DNA of 64,000 bases from Nitrosopumilus sp. (GTDB taxonomy: Archaea; Thermoproteota; Nitrososphaeria; Nitrososphaerales; Nitrosopumilaceae): contig CBDBLO010000002.1 in assembly GCA_965207075.1 (NCBI GenBank), forward strand, positions 704,001 through 768,000, in the 5' to 3' direction. Positions within the stretch are counted from its first letter, which is position 1. Each line of letters begins with the position of its first letter. The translations under genes were made by a program, and so were the position numbers. A model generated the notes under the pieces. The model had not been told where the DNA came from and searched no databases. It saw only the letters and a list, made by a program, of their open reading frames with translations. Of this stretch, positions 27,967 to 37,927 are shown piece by piece.

Positions 27967-28836
27967 ATGAGCGGTTCCAAATCATTACAAGAACAACTTG
28001 AATTAATCAACGAAAACATTTCAGCTAGTACTTTGACTAAATATGGATATTGTTATTATGAACTATTGTCGAAATTGCACCTTCTTCTCGTAAAAAACAA
28101 AATTAGAAAGGCATACTATGACGATAAAACCCTAATAAACCCAGAATATTTTGAGGATAGTCATGATATTGATTCCGTAATAATTAAACATATGGGACCA
28201 GATGCTAAAATACAACTTAATTCATTGCGTCATTTGAAACAAGCGTCCTCAAAAATGAATCTAAAAAGTTACGAAGCGACACATAGTTACTTTTATTTGA
28301 ATCAAAATGAAATAGTTCCAAACCATATCCTCGATAAATTTTGTAGAAGTAGAGGTTTTGGAAGAAATATCTGGGTTTATGATGATCCCGGCATAAAAAA
28401 CGATATAGATGACGTAATTCAAGGTAATATTCGCATCGGCGATCTTTTAGAATATCCAAAATGCTGTGTAGATTGGTTAGTTGAAACACAGACAAAATCA
28501 TTAATTGACTGTTATTGTCTTTCTATTAGCACAGCTCTCGCACAACTTAGCGATAGTGCTACTGTAGGGTTTTTGCTGGATTATTACCAAACAGATCATG
28601 TTCCGAATAACGAAGAAACAATTCAAAGCATAAGAAAGAATCATGTTAGAAAAACGATTTCAAAATATCCGTTTGTTTTTCACCATGCATGTAGATCTTG
28701 TTTAAAAAATTCAAATTCACCTACCGCAAAACTGGATCAAAGATATGGCAGATTTGCCCGTAGCATATCTCAAGAATTTTATCAACAACTAGTTAATGAG
28801 TCAAAAAAAATGGTTAAAGACCATGATAAATTATGA
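27967..28836 (+). CDS. AT-rich Cys-containing protein (DUF483-like)
   Basis: GDLLEYPKCCV and FHHACRSC motifs. Confidence 0.55.
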   Translation: MSGSKSLQEQLELINENISASTLTKYGYCYYELLSKLHLLLVKNKIRKAYYDDKTLINPEYFEDSHDIDSVIIKHMGPDAKIQLNSLRHLKQASSKMNLKSYEATHSYFYLNQNEIVPNHILDKFCRSRGFGRNIWVYDDPGIKNDIDDVIQGNIRIGDLLEYPKCCVDWLVETQTKSLIDCYCLSISTALAQLSDSATVGFLLDYYQTDHVPNNEETIQSIRKNHVRKTISKYPFVFHHACRSCLKNSNSPTAKLDQRYGRFARSISQEFYQQLVNESKKMVKDHDKL

Positions 28837-29135
28837 GGCCGTGTGAGAACTAGCCTGCAGGATCGGAAGTCGAGTACGGCCAAGAGCAAAAGTTCGTGAG
28901 CAAACATTTGTTCTAAACAGAATTTTTATTAATTATATTGATCGGCACACCTGTGGTTTAAATATACAAGGAAGAGTTCAAACAGGGCAAGCCATAACGG
29001 ATCAAGACCGGCGCGGTCAATCTGCACAGGTGCCCTCGCAAAACCCCTGAAAACGCTTGAGTGTTACTTTATTCGTAAGCGACTTGTCGGCACCATGCAG
29101 AAAAATACATTGGCATAACCGCTTAAAAACAAGCT

Positions 29136-30758
29136 GTGGATGGTGTCTTGTTGACAAGCGGAGACAACTACGTCATCTGTAGGTTCGACGACCAGGCGCC
29201 GGATCCGGACGTGGTCCAAGAGTATCTGGTCGGGCAGACGGGTGCAAAGGCCCGTGTCTTTATCACCAGAGACGGTCGCTACATCATTAGGGAGCCGCCC
29301 CTCACCACGCGCGCCGAGGCCGCGTACAGGCGGCTCATGCAGAACATACACCACTCCTTCACGTACCAGGACATATCCAGTGACGACGTCATACCGCTGC
29401 TAAAGCGCACGCTCGAAGAGGAGTCAAAGGCGACAAACGACTTTGAGGTGTGGAAGCGCGAAAAAGAGGCAGTCGAGTATTACCTGGTCCGGGACGTGGC
29501 GGGGTACGCCGAGCTCGACGTCCTGATAAGGGACCCGCACATAGAGGACATCCTGTGCCTACACTGGAACAAACCCGTGGCAGTGGTGCACCGCGAGCAT
29601 CCGCACCACACCTTGCTGGGCACGAACGTGGTATTCCAGACCGAATCGGCGCTGGAGCGACTCATCCAGCGCATATCGCAAAAGTACGGCGAACCGCCGA
29701 GTGAAACCCGTCCCATGACCTCGTTTTCCGACGAAAACGGGATACGCTACACGTTCACCGGAAACAGAATAATTACGCCGGACAGCCCGACCGCGTCCAT
29801 CAGAAAGCCGTCCGTATCTGCCGTCACCATATGCCACCTGCTGCAGAGCGGCCTGCTCTCGGTGCTGGCGGCCTCATATCTCTGGTGCATCATGGACCTC
29901 AAGGGGTTCGGCCTGGTAATCGGGGCGCCGTCGGCCGGCAAGACCACCATGATAAACGCCATATTTACCATGTCAAACCCCAACTGGCACTATTTCACCA
30001 TAGAGGACGTGCTGGAGCTGAAGGTGCCGCACCAGTACGTCAGCAGGCACCAGACCACCACCAACTCGTCGCTGCACGGGGAGCAGAGCGCGTCTGCAGC
30101 AACATCCGGCGGCAACAGCAACGCGGGAGCCGTGGCAGGCTTTGGCGTCTTTGACCTGTGCAGGCTGTCCATGAGGTTCCGCCCCGACTTTGTGGTGGTG
30201 GGCGAGATACTCGGACGGGAGGCAGACGGCCTGTTCCAGGCCGCCGCGTCCGGGTCGGGATGCATGTGCTCGTTCCATGCAAGCAGTGCGGAGCACGCCC
30301 TGACCAGGCTGGAGGCCCCGCCCATATCGCTCTCAAAGTCGCAGACATCTCTGCTCACCTACATACTTCACATGTCGTGGGTGCTGCACGACAACAAGAG
30401 GCAGCGCAAGCTCATATCCATAACGGAGATCGCCACCGAGCGGGACGGTGGCCACGTTGCGGGCGCGTCGTGCGCGGCGGATACGGGCGCAACAGCCGAC
30501 AGCAACCACGATACCAAGATGTTGAACACTCTGTTCTGGTACGATCCCGAACGAAACCGCGTCATGCCGGACAATCTGGACGAGATCATCGAAAAAAGCA
30601 CCGTTTTGCCGCGCATGGAGGTCATGCTGGGCGTCGACGACATCAGGCACGACATGGAGCGCCGCATGCATATTTTGGAGCGCATACGCGACGAGAATAT
30701 TGCCGCGGTACCAGACATACACGACGCGATAAACGGCTTTTACCACTCCGACTCCTGA
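29136..30758 (+). CDS. Type IV pilus assembly ATPase (FlaI/TadA/VirB11 family)
   Basis: DPHIEDI, SIRK, GAPSAGKTT, TIEDVLEL, RFRPDFVVVGEI, SFHA. Confidence 0.92.
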   Translation: MDGVLLTSGDNYVICRFDDQAPDPDVVQEYLVGQTGAKARVFITRDGRYIIREPPLTTRAEAAYRRLMQNIHHSFTYQDISSDDVIPLLKRTLEEESKATNDFEVWKREKEAVEYYLVRDVAGYAELDVLIRDPHIEDILCLHWNKPVAVVHREHPHHTLLGTNVVFQTESALERLIQRISQKYGEPPSETRPMTSFSDENGIRYTFTGNRIITPDSPTASIRKPSVSAVTICHLLQSGLLSVLAASYLWCIMDLKGFGLVIGAPSAGKTTMINAIFTMSNPNWHYFTIEDVLELKVPHQYVSRHQTTTNSSLHGEQSASAATSGGNSNAGAVAGFGVFDLCRLSMRFRPDFVVVGEILGREADGLFQAAASGSGCMCSFHASSAEHALTRLEAPPISLSKSQTSLLTYILHMSWVLHDNKRQRKLISITEIATERDGGHVAGASCAADTGATADSNHDTKMLNTLFWYDPERNRVMPDNLDEIIEKSTVLPRMEVMLGVDDIRHDMERRMHILERIRDENIAAVPDIHDAINGFYHSDS

Positions 30759-30872
30759 CGACGACCTATGCATGGACGGGCAGAATTACAGGTCAGGCCC
30801 GTGACACGGCAGATCCGCCTTCCGTCATTCCTGCGCCAAAACCTTAATGAGTCTGCCCGTCCCCACTAATCC

Positions 30873-32009
30873 GTGAAGACGACCTTGTTTCTGGGCGCGG
30901 GCGCGTCGGTGCTTGCAGGGATGCCGACAACAAAAGGCCTGATTGACGAGGTACGGGATCGCGTACTTAATCACGAAGCATGGGAGAGTCGGGAGGCGAA
31001 AGCTCTGGCCGAAAACATCATGACTGAGCATAGCAAGAAGGACGTCGAGAAATTATACGAGAGAATCCACCGCATGATTAGCGCCGAGAAACTGCATCGG
31101 GCCATAGCATCGTACAAGATAACGCATAACGCAAGCGGCCCGTCAAGACGTCGGATACAAACCACTGAATCACCATATGGTTCGGACAACATAACCGCAG
31201 TAGAGGAAACCACAGACATTGACGAAACCATAAGGGCCCTCGAATCACTGGAGACGGCCATACGCAACACGCTGCTGGCCAGCCTCATGGTCAAACAGGA
31301 GCGTTTTGATGCAGTAGTGTCCACATACAACAAATTGTTCACGTTCGTATCCCGCAACATAGTTACGACCAACTTTGACAACGTGCTGGAAGCCTACTGC
31401 GCACAGGCGGGACTGGATCTTGTGGACGGCTTCGAGAGATCACCGCTCGGCGACATGCGGACGTGGGGGGACGTGTGGGAGGATGCGGAGAACGCGCTAC
31501 ATTTGCTCAAACTGCACGGTAGCACAACGTGGCAGAAGGACGATGACGGAGCCGTGCTACAAATTGGCAGGCCGGGCCTGCGCAGCACGGACAGGGATGT
31601 CATGATAGCCCCCACGCTTGGCACGAAGGATTACAGCGACAGCATATTTCCCGCGTTGCTGGAGAGGTTCAAAAAAGTATTGGACGAAACCGAGACACTC
31701 ATAGTGGTGGGGTTCTCGTTCAGGGATCCCGAAATCACGCAGACGCTTCAGCGTCACCTCAGGCGCACCAACAAAAGCCGCGATCCCATGAATCTCTTGT
31801 GTGTGGATCCGAACCTAGATGGGGTGAAGACGTTGTTTAGTTCAAATGTCGAGACGAATTCGGTGTGGGGGCCGAGAAAGGATATGTTGTGGCATTTTGA
31901 TTCAGATAAAATGCCGTACGTGTATGCGTACCAAGTTGAGTTTGGCCTGGACATTATACAATCCTTGGAAAACGTATTGGAGATCGTAGATAGTGAATAC
32001 GAAGCATAG
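30873..32009 (+). CDS. SIR2-like (SIR2_2) protein, probable NADase defence effector
   Basis: LFLGAGAS..AGMPT, IVTTNFD, LKLHGS, VVGFSFRD. Confidence 0.9.
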   Translation: MKTTLFLGAGASVLAGMPTTKGLIDEVRDRVLNHEAWESREAKALAENIMTEHSKKDVEKLYERIHRMISAEKLHRAIASYKITHNASGPSRRRIQTTESPYGSDNITAVEETTDIDETIRALESLETAIRNTLLASLMVKQERFDAVVSTYNKLFTFVSRNIVTTNFDNVLEAYCAQAGLDLVDGFERSPLGDMRTWGDVWEDAENALHLLKLHGSTTWQKDDDGAVLQIGRPGLRSTDRDVMIAPTLGTKDYSDSIFPALLERFKKVLDETETLIVVGFSFRDPEITQTLQRHLRRTNKSRDPMNLLCVDPNLDGVKTLFSSNVETNSVWGPRKDMLWHFDSDKMPYVYAYQVEFGLDIIQSLENVLEIVDSEYEA

Positions 32010-32147
32010 CCCATGCACGGCGTCATGGTGAGCCTGGCACCGTTCTGGTGGCGGTTCAGGGAGTCCGCGGCTGCCACTGCCGTCGTCTCCACCCCCCCCG
32101 CCGTCACCTGCATCTGCCCCTTTTATCTTGGTCGCACGTGTGACGCC

Positions 32148-33563
32148 GTGAAGGACAGGCCCGCGTTCCTGCTGCAGGGACCAGCAATCTTGGGCATGAT
32201 GCTGCTCGGCTTTGTCGTATACGTGGGGGTGATGACCGCGTTCACGGGCGTAATACAGGGCAGCCTGGCAGACGCCATAACGGAGGTCCCCACGATGCAC
32301 GCGTACGACGATGACGGCAACCGCGTCTCTGCCGTGTCTGAGGAGGTCGCCATGGCCGCGCAGCCGCACCTTGAGCGCCGCGGCGAGCTGCGCGAACTGG
32401 CCGCACTCCACATGCAGAACGCCGACTATGAGGCGCTGACGAAAACGGACGAGGAGATCGATGCCATAAACGAGGAACTCTTAAGGATGGGATACCGCGA
32501 CACCGACAGTAGCATCGCGGCCATGTACTGGTGGTTCGCCTACCCCGCAGCTGCCATACTGGTCGCGATGACCATGTTCTCGGGCGCGGGGCACTTTTGG
32601 GAGAAGGGGTTCGGCATATGGCGCCGCGGCGCGTCCCTTGAGATGTTCCGCGCGTCTATCTTCGGGCTGGTGGCCATATTTCTGGTGCCTGAGGTATGGG
32701 ACGTGTTTGCCATATACATGACCGAGTTTGCCAGATACATGATGAACCCCGGCGGCGACCCGCATACGGTAATTGACTCGCTCTGGTGCAAGATGGGGGC
32801 CTCTGCCGCGTGCATGTACGACTTTGCCGGCGTCCTCGACCCTATATCGTGGAGCACGGCGCTCGCAAGCCCCAACGACTTCGGGCAGAGCCTGATGGGC
32901 GAGGTGCTCATGCCGTTCTTCAAGCTGATGCCGGCGCTCGTCGTGTCCCTCGTGGTGTTCGTGACGGCAAAGGTGCGCGTGCTGTTCATCAGTATAGTGC
33001 TGATCACCCTGCCGATGTGGCTCGTCCTGCGGAACGTCCCGTACCTCCAAAAGCACGCCAAGAACATGATGGACAACATGGTGGGCGCCTCGTTTGCTCC
33101 ATTTCTGTCGGCCGTAACGCTGTACGTGGGCTGGACACACGTCTCAAACGCTCCGATGCCGTCGCTGGAGGAGTGGGTCTCCGTGCTGGGGATAGTGACA
33201 CTTGCGGGCCTCTGGCCGCTCATCCTGGCCCCGTTCCTGAGCAACGTGACGGGCACCATACAGGGCGCGATTCAGACGGCTGTCGTCAGCAGCAGCAACA
33301 TGGCCATGCAGATCGGGATGGGGGGCGCCGTGGGCGCGGCCGGCGGCGCGGCGACAGGCGGGCTGGGCGGCTCCCTCAGGGGCCTTGCCACGGGGGCGGG
33401 GCAGGGCGCAATCAGGGGCATGCCGGCAGTCGACAAGCTGGTGAAGGGAGGCAGCAGCACGGACATGTTGGCCGGGGCGGACAACGGCGAGGAGGACGGC
33501 CCTGCTCCCGGAGACAGCCTCGGCGGTTTCTCCTCCGAGAAGCCTGCCGCGGGCGCAAGATGA
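32148..33563 (+). CDS. VirB6/TrbL-like polytopic membrane protein
   Basis: Many TM helices and Gly/Ala-rich C-terminal tail; ICE context; start uncertain. Confidence 0.7.
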   Translation: MKDRPAFLLQGPAILGMMLLGFVVYVGVMTAFTGVIQGSLADAITEVPTMHAYDDDGNRVSAVSEEVAMAAQPHLERRGELRELAALHMQNADYEALTKTDEEIDAINEELLRMGYRDTDSSIAAMYWWFAYPAAAILVAMTMFSGAGHFWEKGFGIWRRGASLEMFRASIFGLVAIFLVPEVWDVFAIYMTEFARYMMNPGGDPHTVIDSLWCKMGASAACMYDFAGVLDPISWSTALASPNDFGQSLMGEVLMPFFKLMPALVVSLVVFVTAKVRVLFISIVLITLPMWLVLRNVPYLQKHAKNMMDNMVGASFAPFLSAVTLYVGWTHVSNAPMPSLEEWVSVLGIVTLAGLWPLILAPFLSNVTGTIQGAIQTAVVSSSNMAMQIGMGGAVGAAGGAATGGLGGSLRGLATGAGQGAIRGMPAVDKLVKGGSSTDMLAGADNGEEDGPAPGDSLGGFSSEKPAAGAR

Positions 33564-33723
33564 ACTGAAACAGGACGGAGGACCGCGCGGAAAACCACGG
33601 GCGGAGCCAGACCGGCACGTGCAGAAAAACATGCGGGGCAAGCCTGATGCAGCCGGATGTCCAGTCCGCCCGGGGACATCCACAATAATAAAAGCATATA
33701 AGGTACTATACCGTACATACAAC

Positions 33724-34698
33724 ATGCCGGTAATACTGCGGAGAGGCGAGACTATGGAGTCCCAGCACAAGGTAAGCACCAAGTTTGGCGGCGGCATGCT
33801 GCACGTCACCGACAGGGCCCTGATAATAGAGATCAAAAAGAAGGGAATAATATTCCACAGGTTCCACAGCCAGATGTCGGGAATAAAGGCAAGGGGGATC
33901 AGAAAGATAAGGCTGCAGTGGCCCGAGGGCTCCGGCCTGTTTGACTTTGAGTTCAAGGCGTGGGGCGCGGGAAGCATCGTGCGCGCCATCATCGAGAAAC
34001 ACGACTATGCAAAAAACTACTCGCTTGACGGCGTCAGCAGGGTGATATTTACAGAACGGCAGAGAAAGGAAATGCGCAAAGCCCGCGAAAAGTGGGCCGC
34101 AAGGCAGATCCGTATCGCGGAGAAGAGGGGCGACGGGCAGGCGGCCGACGCGTGGAGGTGGCTCCTGCTCTACGCGCACGGCATATCGTGCAGCCGCTCC
34201 GTGCGGATACCGGGCCGCGTCGAGGACCACGCGTGCTGGAACGACTCCTGGATTGACGACAGGTACGCGTACACGTTCAACCACTACTGGACAAGCGGCA
34301 TGTTCGAAAAGGCCCCCGTACGCGGGGGCGGGACGGACACGGAGACGGGGGCATACCGCATACCGGTCGAACACGTGCGGTTCTTTCACGGGTACCCGTA
34401 CGTCAGCGGCGACGCGTTTGTAGACCCGGTGTACGAGCAGGGCTTTCTGGTTCCGACCATGCTGGAGTCGATGATCGACGGCGAGATGATAGTGAAGAGG
34501 TACAGGCCCCGCGACAGGCTCAAGATGGGGGTAGGGCTGGACGTCGTGGATCCCACATCCATACTGGGGTACCTCAACGATCCAAAGGAGGCTACCGTAG
34601 GGGGCAGAAGCGACTCCCCGCTCACCCCGGCCGAGGCCAGGGTTCTTCACGGGCATGGTCTTGTTCCAGACGAGGCAATCCGGCAGGTTGGCCGGTGA
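33724..34698 (+). CDS. Hypothetical protein with PH-like N-terminus
   Basis: GMLHVTDRALII beta-rich start; ATATAA box about 28 bp upstream. Confidence 0.65.
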   Translation: MPVILRRGETMESQHKVSTKFGGGMLHVTDRALIIEIKKKGIIFHRFHSQMSGIKARGIRKIRLQWPEGSGLFDFEFKAWGAGSIVRAIIEKHDYAKNYSLDGVSRVIFTERQRKEMRKAREKWAARQIRIAEKRGDGQAADAWRWLLLYAHGISCSRSVRIPGRVEDHACWNDSWIDDRYAYTFNHYWTSGMFEKAPVRGGGTDTETGAYRIPVEHVRFFHGYPYVSGDAFVDPVYEQGFLVPTMLESMIDGEMIVKRYRPRDRLKMGVGLDVVDPTSILGYLNDPKEATVGGRSDSPLTPAEARVLHGHGLVPDEAIRQVGR

Positions 34699-35094
34699 TG
34701 CACAGAACTAGAACATATTCCCACCCCTGGGAACATGCCGATAGGCGTAACGTCATACATGGGCGAGAAGGGAATGCACGAAGTGGTCTCAAAACCGGTG
34801 AAATTTTTCAAGGATTCCGTGGTTGCGGTGGAAGGGCATTATGACATCAAAAAATGTATATGTTTGCGCCGGACAAGTACGTGTGTTCCGCCGAAATGGC
34901 ATCAAACCACGCCGTCGAAGGCAATATGCGCCGCTTTGCTAGCAGGCGCGGAGCGGGCGCTCCACGGCCGCTACTTGTGGAGCCCGTTCTGAGAAGACTG
35001 TTTGCGGAGTTCGTTCCGGATCGGAACATGGCGTTTGAGATGAGCGAAGGTATTGCCGTGGTCAAGGCGGCACTCGGTTCTGGCCGAAACAAGC

Positions 35095-35562
35095 ATGGCC
35101 GTTAGGGAGTGTTATGTTTTGAACAGCATCATCTATCTGGTTTTCACTGCATCCTTGGCGTTGTGTGTTTTTGATACTCCGGCGTATGCTGAGGATGACT
35201 GGGACAAAAAACCGTCAAAGATTGAAGTGGACCGCAACGTCGTATACATGAGTGGGGCAACCATCATAAGCCTAGCAACGTTTGGATCCATTTTGGGCAT
35301 AAGGGTAAGGACAAACCGCAAGACCTTCAGAAGTCAATCAATTGCATTCGGGATGATTTGGTTGGGCACCATCGCTATAATCTGGATTCAAGGATCGCTT
35401 ATGATATACGCATGTTGTCTCAAACTAGATCCTTCTTTGCTCCATTTCTTCCTTCTTGGTACGTGTGCTACTTTAGTTGCCATAATCACGGGAGTTGTAA
35501 TTATTCATGGCCCGTCACGTGATCAAGCCTCGGATCTAGCCAAATCCGGTTCAACCTCCTAG
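35095..35562 (+). CDS. Small membrane protein (about 4 TM)
   Basis: Hydrophobic segments, lower-GC cargo. Confidence 0.55.
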   Translation: MAVRECYVLNSIIYLVFTASLALCVFDTPAYAEDDWDKKPSKIEVDRNVVYMSGATIISLATFGSILGIRVRTNRKTFRSQSIAFGMIWLGTIAIIWIQGSLMIYACCLKLDPSLLHFFLLGTCATLVAIITGVVIIHGPSRDQASDLAKSGSTS

Positions 35563-36005
35563 GGCCCATCAGATATGTATTCCGGATACAGCGCCCTGTA
35601 TATCTGCCGTCTGGCCGGCGCGTGCCTGTGCGCATCGGTACCTTCCTGATTACTGATGGCATCAATGTAGTATTGCAGCCACTTGCCGACCTGCTTGTAC
35701 ACCACACTGGATAGCCGCCGAATCTCCCAACACCCCTGTCCCGTACTATTTGCAAAGCCTCGCATGCAGGTTCGCGGTACCTGTCGCCGAACCACCGGGC
35801 CTTGATCCGTTCCAATACGCCCACATTCACAATGATTTGCGGTCTGCAAAGGCCGAACATTTGAAGCCTAGCTTGACACGGCGATTGTCCTAGCTAAAAG
35901 AGAACAAGAGGCGGCATAAGGAGATGACCTCATGAGCGTTGGATGGTGTGGTTGCGTGCGGGTACCGGTGGCGCGACATAAAAGGAGGAGCGCACACGTA
36001 ACAGC

Positions 36006-36089
36006 ATGACGCAACTCAAGAAAGGACCGGGTGGACGGCCTAGCACGAAGCCGGGCAAGCCATCCGGAGGCGGCAGGGACAACTACTAG
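36006..36089 (+). CDS. 27-aa Gly/Pro-rich peptide
   Basis: MTQLKKGPGGRPSTKPGKPSGGGRDNY; preceded by ATAAAAGGAGG, followed by hairpin and T-run. Confidence 0.5.
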   Translation: MTQLKKGPGGRPSTKPGKPSGGGRDNY

Positions 36090-36099
36090 GACACTCTTT

Positions 36100-36128
36100 C
36101 CCGCATGGGGCGGGCTTTCCTTTTTTTA
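36100..36128 (+). terminator. Hairpin plus oligo-T terminator
   Basis: CCCGC-ATGGG-GCGGG then CTTTCCTTTTTTT. Confidence 0.5.
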
Positions 36129-36301
36129 TCTGGTGTGGGCTTTGCTTGGTTGCAACCCTGACTGCCGCTAATCCTCATCTTTGTGGACCGGCCAAAAGTA
36201 CTCTTTCTTGTGAGCCCCAATCTGTACGACCTTGGACTGACAGAGCCACAGCCGGACCACAAACAGATATTCATAAATTGTAGCGCGGAGATCGTTTTTT
36301 C

Positions 36302-36712
36302 ATGGTCACCCTGACCGCACACACGGTGCCGGAAATCGTTGGCACGGCCAGGCGCCTAGGGTTCGACGAGATTGCGGACAGGCTGGACTACCTGCACAAA
36401 CTTCCGCTGGAGAACGGCGCCGATCCGATGAGCCCGGACTCTGCAAGATCGCTCGTGTTCTTTCTGATAAGGTACCACAAGGAATTGCCAGAGACCGCTA
36501 TAACGATGAACCCGGAAGGGCACGTGCACGGGGATTGGGAATTTACAAAGGACAGTAACTTGGCAGCCCAGTTCCTGCCCTCCGGGGATGTCTGGTTTGA
36601 TTATGCATCAAGGGACAAAGATACCGGGCACTTTAGGTCGCGAGAGACAGGAACGGCTGCACCTGATGACATGCTCAAAAAAGTTATTCCACTTGTTGGC
36701 CGTGCGATGTAA
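36302..36712 (+). CDS. Putative antitoxin/immunity protein
   Basis: RLDYLHKLP..GADPM...PEGHVHGDW...FLPSG pattern; 3 bp before partner gene. Confidence 0.55.
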   Translation: MVTLTAHTVPEIVGTARRLGFDEIADRLDYLHKLPLENGADPMSPDSARSLVFFLIRYHKELPETAITMNPEGHVHGDWEFTKDSNLAAQFLPSGDVWFDYASRDKDTGHFRSRETGTAAPDDMLKKVIPLVGRAM

Positions 36713-36715
36713 ACC

Positions 36716-37156
36716 ATGACCGATGTCAGCAGCCTCTCCTTTTTAGGCCGGTATTGCAGTCCAAGCACTGTCAAAGACGGCGTGCCAACAGCAGACGCCT
36801 TTTGGGTTCGCCCCATCGAGGAATACCTCTCCGTCAACGTCCTGCCCGGTGACCTCGGAGTGGAGGAGGGGCTTGCGCAGATCAGAGAGATACTTGGCAA
36901 AAAGAGGTTTGGCACGAGCCCAAACGGTCGGTTTGCAGTCTTCAATGCGGGGCGCATCATACAGTACATACGAGACTACAGGCGCGTGGATGTCAGAATA
37001 GAGCACATGCCCTCGCCTGACGATCCGACCCACGCAGGCATCGCGCCTGCAGAAATAGACGACTCGAATGCACGGTATGAATCGACACGCCTCATGGCGC
37101 GAGCATTGTCACAGTTTTTCAGAGAAAATCCCGACTCTGTGTATCCGGCACGATGA
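36716..37156 (+). CDS. Putative ART/RES-like fold toxin
   Basis: R..P..AF..YLSVN...FAVF...IEHMP..DPTHAGI. Confidence 0.55.
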   Translation: MTDVSSLSFLGRYCSPSTVKDGVPTADAFWVRPIEEYLSVNVLPGDLGVEEGLAQIREILGKKRFGTSPNGRFAVFNAGRIIQYIRDYRRVDVRIEHMPSPDDPTHAGIAPAEIDDSNARYESTRLMARALSQFFRENPDSVYPAR

Positions 37157-37287
37157 CCCCACGCCGGCACTGCACGGCCATCCCGCTTTTCTGGATCGGC
37201 CGGATCCCCCAACTAATCTAGATTTACGTACTGCCGGCGTCCTTCCGCCGGGAAGAAAAAGAAGAAAAAAGGTGGGGATGCCGCAGG

Positions 37288-37812
37288 CTACTGCGGCGAT
37301 ATTATCTTGGTCTGGGAGTACGTGCCTCCTCCGGCAATGTCGGCCCTGACCTCGACCAGATACTTTTGGCCAATGGTGAGGCGGTGGTCGCCGTCGTTCT
37401 CTGCGCTTGCCGTCGGGTTTGCCGAGCGGTCCTCCGTGTCCCCGACAAAGATCTTTTCGTTTACGGTTGCAGTGACCCCGGAGTGTATGCTGGCAGGCTC
37501 AAACGCTGCTATGAACAGGTCGTCCTCGTCGACTGTGTCGTCTCCGATGTCAAGCGTGACTATGACTACGGCGTTGCTGATGTCCGTGTTGCCGGAGTTC
37601 TTGATCATGCCCGTGATGTACGAGGTGCTGCCGGTGTTCTGGATGTTGAGGCGTTTTACCTCCACCGCATCCAAGATCAGTCCGGTCGTTACGATGTCGG
37701 TTGTGGTGGCGGCCAGGATGCCTCCGATCGACACCACTATACCGATCAGTATTATGGTGACGATCATACCGGAGATAGCCTGGCGCGGTTGGTTCTTCAC
37801 GCTACGTACCAT
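37288..37812 (-). CDS. Archaeal type IV pilin
   Basis: Class III signal KNQPRQA|ISGMIVTIILIGIVV; IKNSGNTDI. Confidence 0.85.
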   Translation of the reverse strand: MVRSVKNQPRQAISGMIVTIILIGIVVSIGGILAATTTDIVTTGLILDAVEVKRLNIQNTGSTSYITGMIKNSGNTDISNAVVIVTLDIGDDTVDEDDLFIAAFEPASIHSGVTATVNEKIFVGDTEDRSANPTASAENDGDHRLTIGQKYLVEVRADIAGGGTYSQTKIISPQ

Positions 37813-37927
37813 CTGATTTGGATAAAAGGCGCAAATGCCCGACTGCAAGGGGGCGCCAGAGCGCGCGTAAGAAAAGACGCTGCACCCCCCCCCAAACGGC
37901 TCATCGGCATGCCGCCGAAGAAAAACC

